Made by a program: the position numbers and the translations under genes
Shown: piece by piece, positions 55,741 to 64,000 of the stretch
How positions within the stretch are numbered: the stretch's first letter is position 1
Layout of the letters: each line of letters begins with the position of its first letter
Assembly (NCBI GenBank): GCA_965112735.1
Contig: CBCOSG010000001.1
Location: forward strand, 160,090-224,089
DNA length: 64,000 bases
Source: Phaeosaccion multiseriatum
Taxonomy: Eukaryota > Protista > Ochrophyta, other classes
Direction of reading: 5' to 3'
The notes under the pieces: model-generated
What the model was told of the DNA's origin: nothing
Database searches by the model: none
What the model saw: the letters and a program-made list of their open reading frames with translations, nothing else

Positions 55741-56649
55741 CTAAGAGGAAACCCAAATCTTAAAAGTGACGTACAAAACAAGGACCAAATATGGTCCTAT
55801 TATTTTATACGGCTCCCGGCTCCCACCGCCATAGTTTGTAAAGTGACAGTCCCCACACTACTAAAAAAGTAGCATAGACCCAGCCAAGATACACATACAT
55901 ATGGCGGACTCCGAGGAGTCCAATGCAGGTGTATAAGATTATAAGTGAAAGATAAGCCAATACCAAAGGAAGGTCTCGCCACAAGCGGACGACAAAATCC
56001 CAACTCTCCCCAAGAATTTTAACCACCTTTTTTAGACCTACGGGGCCCCTACGGGGCATAGATCTATTACGTTGCCTGAGGCTAAAGTGGTTAAGGGAGT
56101 TGAGGAGTAAGCTTCGACTATCATGTGAGAGCCTCTGCCATTGGCAGTCAAATTACTGTCTCCCAACCATTCCTTAGAATACCGCACACAGCGAGTGCAA
56201 TGTATGCAACGAGTCATCAAACTTTTTATACCTAGACCTAGAAAAGTCTCTTTGACCGTACGCTTTACTTCAGCGTACCGTGTTTTGTCACTGCCGAAGT
56301 GAAAGCTTTGATTTTGGAGATCGCATTCCCCTCCTTGGTCACAAATAGGGCAATCTAGAGGGTGGTTTACTAGATTGAACTCTAAAACTGTTTCTCGGGC
56401 TTTTCGTACCAAAGGACTATGAAGAAAAAATCGTCCGCCTCCTAAAATAGGGAAGGCACAACTCATCTGAGGTTTTGGACCTTGGCTAACTTCTACTAGA
56501 CAGGAACGACAATTTCCCGCGATATTTAATAAGGGATGATAACAAAATCGAGGAAGTTCTATGCCTAAACTACTACATGCTTGTAATACTGAGGAAAATT
56601 CTTCAACAAAAACAAGCTGATGGTTGATAAATATTTTTTTAGTGGTCAT
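55741..56649 (-). CDS. nad11: nad11 with tail, mirror copy (frameshifted by short duplications)
   Basis: Reverse complement of 40969-41865. Confidence 0.88.
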
Positions 56650-56832
56650 AGGAAGTATAAATTTTCTCTATTTTGACTTGGGAGGTATTCTTTCTCTTTT
56701 TGCTTACTTTCCCAAGGTTTTTTACCCCTACCTGATTCAGACGAATGGCTTCCATATTAGGTTATAAATACCTATGGTATAATTTCATACAAATATCAGT
56801 ACGATCTTGGTTTCTACTTTTTTACAAGTATT

Positions 56833-56903
56833 AGACCGGAGGGAAAGTCGAATTCCCATAATTGGATTTGCAATCCAAGGCATTGCCCTTATGCTATCCG
56901 GTC
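56833..56903 (-). tRNA. trnC: tRNA-Cys(GCA)
   Basis: Repeat copy. Confidence 0.85.
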
Positions 56904-57002
56904 TCCCATCGCATTCACTAAAATTACCAAAATATGTGATGCAAGAGATACCTTGAGGTTTTCTATTAGGCTCCTGAAGTTCGTAGGCAAATACCTAAGT
57001 AT

Positions 57003-57076
57003 TCGGGAAAATGTGATTTGAACACATGACCTTCTGTTCCCAAAACAGATGCGCTACCAAGCTGCGCCATTTCCCG
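57003..57076 (-). tRNA. trnP: tRNA-Pro(TGG)
   Basis: Repeat copy. Confidence 0.9.
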
Positions 57077-57099
57077 ACTGGGCTTCGAACATCAGATAC

Positions 57100-57252
57100 T
57101 TAACGGGGAAGATCCTTAAAAATCTTGCGTAATTTTAAAGAGGCACTAAGACTGGGCAGGTAGTAGAAAACAAAGAAAAAATAAAATCCAAAAAAACACA
57201 AACCCAAATTAAGAATTTGAGTAAAAAAGGTGATTTGATCAAATTGTGGCAT
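57100..57252 (-). CDS. atp8: ATP synthase subunit 8
   Basis: Repeat copy. Confidence 0.88.
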   Translation of the reverse strand: MPQFDQITFFTQILNLGLCFFGFYFFFVFYYLPSLSASLKLRKIFKDLPR

Positions 57253-57688
57253 GGTTCTTCCTAAATATCACGAAGTCCGTATTTGCTCCTCTGAAACAAA
57301 TCTAGGTTCTATAAATTACTGTTTGCTTCTTTTTTCCTTATTTTTTCCCTCACAAGAGAAGTGGAGTGGGGTGTAGCTAATTTAATATATATTTTTTGGT
57401 CTTCATCTTAAATCCCAGAAAGTCAGGAAACAGGATATTGCGGGCAAAGGTAGAACTTATACCTACGACTTTTAGATCATGAGCCTAACAAGCTGGCCAA
57501 GTGCTTTAGTCCACCAGTATATGAAAAAACTACGTGAATCTTAGATTTAAAAAACTTCACAAATCAAACTACCTCCACTGCCTAAGCTTCGCGCAGTAGA
57601 CTCACTTATAATTCTATAGCTTAATAGCGTAGAACACAAGATAATTTACTTAGGATTATTCTACTTTTCTAGTATTGTAATCTACCCA

Positions 57689-58531
57689 TTAAGGTTTTTC
57701 GATTGTATCCTCTAGTTGGGCTCTATACTCTTCTCCTACATAATCAAGAACGGTATTATAGTCCTGAAGGAACCAATTTACTGCCCCTACATCTACTTTC
57801 CCGGACGCCGTCTTCAATAGCTCTGAGGGGACTCCTCTTCTCTCGAGGAATCGGAATTTTGTGACACTTTCGTGAGTGTCCGCAGTGAAGTTAGCAAACG
57901 TCGAAGAAAATAAGTTTTGCATCGACGACCTCCCGTCTGGGCCATAAAGGTACTTTCCGATCCCCACGTCGACAAGTAGGCCCCCTATAATGAAAATTCC
58001 GGCCCTCTTTAAGTGTTCCACAGTTAGCTCCCACACTAACCTCTTTTTCGTGAACCCTCTCTCATAGAGTACACGGGGGTCCAAAAAACATTCATTAAAA
58101 AGCCGCCGCGTTGCCCGCAGATATCCTGGCAAGAAGTAAATGGACATTAATACGAAAATTACACCTACAAAGTAGGCCATATTTGAATACTGCCGCGGCA
58201 GAAGAATCCCCAATACAAAAGACCAATACAGATATGTCTGAAGTTTGCCAAAGATTGGATGGGTAAGACTGTCCGCGTAAAGAGAGACTACATAAAGGCC
58301 CTCTTTAGACCGAGTTTTGGCATTTTCAAATTTTAGTATCATCGACCATTTTTGATATTGAAACACCCAAACCACACAAAGACTCGCTTTAAAAATGAAC
58401 GAGGCCGAATTTGGGTACATATACGGTAGCGGCAGTAAAAGAGTTTGAATTCCTAAAGTCAAAATGAAAGCAGGGCTTAAAATTTTAAACCAAGATTTTG
58501 CAGGAGAATTGACTAAAAACTGCAAGTACAA
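57689..58531 (-). CDS. ORF280, repeat copy
   Basis: Identical protein. Confidence 0.8.
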   Translation of the reverse strand: MYLQFLVNSPAKSWFKILSPAFILTLGIQTLLLPLPYMYPNSASFIFKASLCVVWVFQYQKWSMILKFENAKTRSKEGLYVVSLYADSLTHPIFGKLQTYLYWSFVLGILLPRQYSNMAYFVGVIFVLMSIYFLPGYLRATRRLFNECFLDPRVLYERGFTKKRLVWELTVEHLKRAGIFIIGGLLVDVGIGKYLYGPDGRSSMQNLFSSTFANFTADTHESVTKFRFLERRGVPSELLKTASGKVDVGAVNWFLQDYNTVLDYVGEEYRAQLEDTIEKP

Positions 58532-58772
58532 GTAGAGAGCTCATTAGTTTAATTTTTTATCAAATTAAAGAAGTTCATTAGTACACAAAACCAAAAAAAA
58601 ATAAGCATACTCACCAAGAGCTTCAAAATCTCAGTGATGCTGATGCCTAAAAAATACCAAAACCCTATATTGTGTTTTAAGACTGACATAGGTTCCAGAA
58701 GCTTATGTTTCACCTTTATAAAGAAAACTTTCATTCTTAAATTCTATACCGCCTGAGGTTCAAGACCTTATT

Positions 58773-58941
58773 TCTTTGAATTCAGCCGCAGATTCCTCTA
58801 CGACTACCTTGTTACGACTTCATCTCAGTTACCAAGCCTACTTTCAAATCCAAGAGAATAGACAAAGCATTTCATTGACATTCTTCGAGCAAGCCCGGCT
58901 TCCAACATGTGACGGGCGGTTTGTACAGAGCCTAGGTACAG

Positions 58942-58974
<33 letters not shown>

Positions 58975-60283
58975 TGATTCCGCCTTCGTGAAGCCGAGTT
59001 GCAGGCCTCAGTCTGAACCAAAGAAAGTGTTCAAGTTTGGCAAAGACTGATTTTATCTTTCCTACTCATTGTCCTTTCCATTGTAGCACGTGTGTAGCCC
59101 AGTTCATAAGGACCATAAGGACTTGTCTTCATCCTCGCCTTCCTCTTAAACCGTAGTCTAAGCAGTATGTGGAGTATGGACAAAGTTGGACTCACCAATT
59201 AAAACTTTGGTAAGAGCTTTATCTGCCACAAGAGGGTTGCGTCCGTTATAAGAGTGAACTTAACATCCTAAGACACGGACTGACGACAGCCATGCAATAC
59301 CTGTACTTCCTGTCTTTGGTCTTATCTCCGAGGCCGAAAAGGGAAAGAAGTATTCCAGAACTGGTAAGGTTTGGCGCGTAGCATCGCATTAAACCACATG
59401 CTCCACCACTTGTATAAGCCCCCGCCAATTCCTTTGAATTTCAGATCTGAATGCTGTACTTCTCAGGCGCAGCCTTAGCCTTAGCAGGGAAGATGCTTAA
59501 ACTTCTCAGTCTAAACAGCTAGGCTGATATTTTAGGGTGTGGACTACCAGGGGGTCAAGTCCTGTTTGCTCCCCACACTTTAGTCCCTGAAGGTCAGTGC
59601 GAATCTAGATAACCGCCTTCGCCTCTGGTATTCCCACTTATGTCTACGGATTTTATCCCTAAATAAGTGATTCTGTTATCTTCTCTTCGACTCTAGCATC
59701 CCGGTTTTGTCAAAAGTCATACCCTTGGGGGTAGAATTTATCTTACGATCTAGGAAAATGCCCTCTACGAACCCTTTATGCCCAATCATTCTGGATAAGG
59801 CTTGCCCCCCTCGTATTACCGCGACTGCTGGCACGAGAATTGGCCGGGACTACCCCTGTGAATGGCGTCTGAATCTTTCCACGGGAGAGGGGTTTACAAC
59901 CAGTTTAGCCTTCTTCCCCCTTGGAATATTGCTGGATCAAGCTTCCGCTCATTGTCCAAGATTCCTCACTGCTGGCCCCTTACAGGGGCTTGGACCTTGT
60001 CTCAGTTCCAATGTGGCTGGTCGACCTCACAGACCAACTAAGGATCTTTGAATAGGAAGGCTGTCATCCTTCCTACTTCCTTAATCCTTCGAGGATTCTT
60101 CCTTTCTTTTTTGTCTAAATTAGGCAAAAGTGGGGAAGACTCCCTACTTACTTTCTTCAGAAAGGGCAGATTTCCAAGTATTACTCACCCGTTCGCGCTT
60201 TCTTCTTCTAAGAGAAGGCAACACTCGCATGTGTTAGGCATACTCCTAGCCTTCATCCTGAGCCAGGATCAAACTCAAGTCTT
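58773..60283 (-). rRNA. rns: Small subunit rRNA, repeat copy
   Basis: Repeat copy. Confidence 0.95.
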
Positions 60284-62327
60284 TGATCTTTTTTATTTCC
60301 AAGAAATAAACAAGGGGGATGTGGTCTATAAAGCTTTATTTTAATTTTATGATTTAGATTCTTGTGGATAAATAAATTTCCCCGGTTCCCGGACCAGCCA
60401 GTATGTAGGGCCCATTTGCAAATTACACTCCAGATCCTACAGGGTTGGGGTTTCGTGCTAAAGATGGGACTCGCATTTGGTAGCCCTCTCATATGAGAAA
60501 ACACAATCTAATGTAAGGAACAGGTTTTTTCGAGCACTTACAGAGTTTTGGTTCAGTACAAAGGATTGGTTTAATTACGAGAGCAGACTTTTGGCTTTTT
60601 TAAGTGTACCTCTTTTTTTCCTCTTTTTTGTTCGGGTCTGTTCCCTAAAAACTTAATCAAAAAGAAAAGATTGATTAAAGATGTCCATCAATGAGTTTGT
60701 TAACTCATTTCTATTAGACGGAAAGAGCAATTTTTCCTCATATTTAACTAAGAGATCATAACCAAATCAAGGAAATTTTATACTTTAACTAGCGCATGAT
60801 TGGGATGCTGAGTCTAGTTACCAAAGTCTCAGCTGCCTAATAACCAACATTATAGCCTCCATTTGAGATGAAGTAAAGTGCTTTATACTTTTAGAACTAA
60901 TAAACTTTATTTTATGGAACCGATAGAAAAGGTTCTCTTATATCTTTGGTCCAGAGAATAAACCTTCCGTCCACTAAATGTTTCACTGTCAATCTAACCT
61001 TCTCTTCGGTGCCTTTTAAAAAATATTTAGTCTCTAGGCGTAAAATGGGGTTAAGGCTCAATGAAAATCAAACACTGCAAAGGATTTTTTAAACAATCGG
61101 TTTCTAATTGACGAAAGACATAGTTTTCTTTCTCAATCTTTGGTCTTCCACACTTCTATTTATCTCAATTTCGACCAAGTCTGCTATCTTAAGAGTCCCC
61201 TCTTTCTTAACTAGACTTCACTCCAAGTCTGACTTGATTCTATGGTGTGGTCTAAGTCTTGCAGGCAATCTTATTCTACTAATTTAGGGAAAATTATTAT
61301 TTCTCAAGTATCTTTAGGGGTTAAATTAAGCTAAGCTTCGGCCAGAAGCTGACTAACTAAGAAAAGACTTGAGCTTACAAAAAAAGAACAGACCAAATAG
61401 TTCTAAACTGTGTTGATGAAATACTTTGTTTATTTTCCTGTATTTGATGAAAACTTAAAAGAACTTTAGCTTGTCTATTGGTAAAGCTTTATTTATCCGC
61501 ATTTGAGTGACGGTTTTAAGGGCTGTAAAAAGCTTAAATAAGGGGTCAAAACTTGAGTTAGAGTAGATTAATGCTAAAACTTAATAAGTGAGGCATTTTG
61601 ATCAAATAAGTCCTTCCTATCCTTGCATTAGGCTTCTGGGTGATAATACAATAGGTCAGTAGGAATCAAGAAGTACACCAATATACTTAAACTTTGGCAA
61701 GACTAACAAACATAGTTTTTATTTTTTTTTAGGATCGTGTAGATCAAAAAATTAGGTTTTTTAGTAAAGAATTAAAGTTTTGAAGCTTTTGTACTTTCGG
61801 TGTCTATTTTGCATCGAAGTCGACTTTTGGTTTCTATGGGAACAGTTTGTTGATCAAAAGCTCTCCTGTCTTTTCTCCTTAAATTTAGCCTGTAAATCGA
61901 CGAAACTGACAAAGACATTTTAATTCATCTTTTGATTTTATATAGAAAGCTTAAATAGAATTTTCTTCTTGGCTGTGGACAAGCCTTCTGAAGCCAAATA
62001 TCTGCCTTTGTGCTTGTAGTGGGAAGAATCTTTCTAATCGATATGTTTTGTCTTATATTTAAAGCGTTTTAGCCACCCAGACAAGGGAATTCTAGAATAG
62101 ATTTTTTTTGTGGTATTCATTTTTTTTATTATCAACGGACAACCAAAACTTTCTTTAATTTTTTAGATCAAAGACTTTTCTCAGAACTTTTGTTTTAGTT
62201 TCCCGCCAAAACTTTTTTTTTCTTTGTTCAAAAGCAAAAACTGGGTTGTCACCAAAGGAAAGACGAGAACTGAAATCCAAAAATACCCATGCAACAATGA
62301 CAAAAAGACAGAAAAAAACCTACACAC

Positions 62328-62409
62328 AGGAGGGGATAGGATTCGAACCTATGAAGGAAGTTCCATCAGATTTACAGTCTGACACCATTAACCACTCGGT
62401 CACCTCTCC
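62328..62409 (-). tRNA. trnY: tRNA-Tyr(GTA)
   Basis: Repeat copy. Confidence 0.9.
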
Positions 62410-62417
62410 TTTAAACT

Positions 62418-62491
62418 TAGATTTGGTAAGACTTGAACTTACATCCCTCGGGACCGAAATCCGACACTCTATCCAATTGAGCTACAAATCT
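62418..62491 (-). tRNA. trnR: tRNA-Arg(TCG)
   Basis: Repeat copy. Confidence 0.88.
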
Positions 62492-62758
62492 GGGGGGCCT
62501 CTAGGTGGAAATCACAACACAACATAGTGTATTGTAGTTTCCTCCTAAATGCCACGGACTCTTTTCAGGCAGGCATCACCTGTTTTGTGGCCCCTATAAA
62601 GGGGCCAATACAGAACAACATGGCTTTTATAAAGTCTTACTTATAATATTTACAATTAGTCATCTACCTATGAAAACTATGAAAATGGCCACATGAAGAG
62701 CCGTAGAACTAAGTTTATCTCTAAAATCAGGACTACCAACTTACTAAGATGTTATGAA

Positions 62759-63196
62759 CTACCAAAAACTACTTTTGAATTGCCACCAGATGTGAATTTT
62801 AGGTTGGTTATAGACCATGGAATACAATGACGCAAAATTCAAAAGGCTTTTCTCAGAAGGTAGACTTAAACGAGATTCAATTTTAGTTTCCACCTGAGGA
62901 AGAATATCCACCTGCATAAGTACCCAAAATCCGTAGCCCTCCTTTTTGTTAACCCAACCTCCTAAATGACATCTACCTGGATTAACGGATCTAGGACCCA
63001 AAATCTTCGGCTTAGTTCCATGCACCACATCCATAAATACCAATGAACAAAGGCTAGGCGAGTTTTCTCCGCAAGGGCTCCCTCCTACAAGCCTAGGTAA
63101 AGGAAGGTGAGTGTTTTTCTTATTTACACTAGCTAGGTCAATACTCTGGGTCAATAATTGGCAGTGAACGTCTTTTCTTAAAGAAATCAATTGCAT
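62759..63196 (-). CDS. rpl5: Divergent ribosomal protein L5, repeat copy
   Basis: Repeat copy. Confidence 0.6.
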   Translation of the reverse strand: MQLISLRKDVHCQLLTQSIDLASVNKKNTHLPLPRLVGGSPCGENSPSLCSLVFMDVVHGTKPKILGPRSVNPGRCHLGGWVNKKEGYGFWVLMQVDILPQVETKIESRLSLPSEKSLLNFASLYSMVYNQPKIHIWWQFKSSFW

Positions 63197-63576
63197 TACA
63201 CCCATATAGGAGCCATACTGGCCACCTTCATAAATTTACGCTTTCTTAGTTCTATTGGAAGTGGATAAAACACTCTACTACCTAGTACTTTCTGATTTTT
63301 GGTAAAGCACAGTACCCGATTGTGACCAAAACGCAGGTTCAATCCATTTTTACGTCTTTGAATAGCACGAGTGTGTAAAATAAATCCTCGAAGTTTATCT
63401 CCCTTCCGTAAGCCATAACGCTGAGTAGCCTTTGACTTGAGTCGGCGAATTGACACAAGAAGATCTTGACCGAATTTAGCTTGACCTCCTCGTGGATAAG
63501 GTTTTATTTTGATACTTCGAAGCCTTTGGACCCCGGAATTATCTCCGAGGCGAAACATGGTTTGGGTTTGAATCAT
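63196..63576 (-). CDS. rpl14: Ribosomal protein L14, repeat copy
   Basis: Repeat copy. Confidence 0.95.
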   Translation of the reverse strand: MIQTQTMFRLGDNSGVQRLRSIKIKPYPRGGQAKFGQDLLVSIRRLKSKATQRYGLRKGDKLRGFILHTRAIQRRKNGLNLRFGHNRVLCFTKNQKVLGSRVFYPLPIELRKRKFMKVASMAPIWV

Positions 63577-63674
63577 AAGGTTTTTGTTTTATTTAAGCAG
63601 TAGGCAGATTGGGAAACATAAGCTCTTACTAGTCCTTCTTCTTTAGTAAAATTTATAAAAAGTCTACAGGACTC

Positions 63675-64000
63675 TTACTCTTTCCTCTCCCGTGGAGGGT
63701 CAATGTAGAAGCATACAGCCAACAATCCCAAGATACCCAAAGCCCCAAGATAGGGTTCATAGGGGTACATCTCCGAGATTGGTATGAGGTGGTAGACATG
63801 AGAAAATTGCTTGCATCCATAATAGGCGCAAACCTCTCCAAATAAGTACACTAAAATATAGTGTGTGAACCAAAAGAGGGAAAATGTTACTTTGGAAAGG
63901 GGGCTTAATCCCTGAAACTTTCCAAAGTTTACTGTTACCCCGGAATCTTGTTTGACCCTGTGGTCAAAAAAGAAGAGTCCTATAGCGCAAAGCACGATAA
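63675..64000 (-). CDS. ORF176, 3' part (truncated by window end)
   Basis: Repeat copy. Confidence 0.75.
   Translation of the reverse strand, partial: IVLCAIGLFFFDHRVKQDSGVTVNFGKFQGLSPLSKVTFSLFWFTHYILVYLFGEVCAYYGCKQFSHVYHLIPISEMYPYEPYLGALGILGLLAVCFYIDPPRERKE

Larger units (their letters stand above)
48688..64000 (-). repeat. Fold-back copy of the repeat arm (reverse complement of about 33618-48686); indel-rich up to about 56050
   Basis: All genes recur in mirror order; 56195-64000 equals about 1-7806. Confidence 0.96.

Overview
This window is an intron-free mitochondrial genome of a stramenopile, probably an ochrophyte. It uses the standard genetic code, has a diatom-like Atp9, encodes only the Fe-S half of Nad11, and has no trnT that I could find. 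A ~24.9 kb single-copy core (8242-33181) is flanked by a ~15.5 kb inverted repeat, which is complete at 33182-48687 and partial at 1-8241. The repeat ends in an imperfect fold-back hairpin centred at 48687, after which the sequence reads back through the same arm (48688-64000; window position 1 recurs at 56195). The simplest reading is a ~56 kb linear mtDNA with long terminal inverted repeats and covalently closed hairpin telomeres. A 56.2 kb circle carrying a giant palindrome cannot be excluded from this window. Gene content: cox1-3, cob, atp6/8/9, nad1-7/4L/9/11(N-terminal), rps2/3/4/7/8/10-14/19, rpl2/5/6/14/16, candidate rpl10 and rps1, rns, rnl and about 25 tRNA species. Unusual features are: two paralogous pairs of orphan membrane proteins sharing a D[SP]x5[FL][GA]KxQ motif; orphan transmembrane segments fused to Nad11 and Nad4; an orphan ORF sharing the nad11 leader; a triplicated rps8-trnM-rps10 block with reciprocal decay; two permuted-5S-like structured elements; an in-frame TAA at a conserved Tyr of nad5; and a 2 kb ORF-free tract in the repeat. 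Many frameshifts near the hairpin are consensus errors, since the two arms correct each other.
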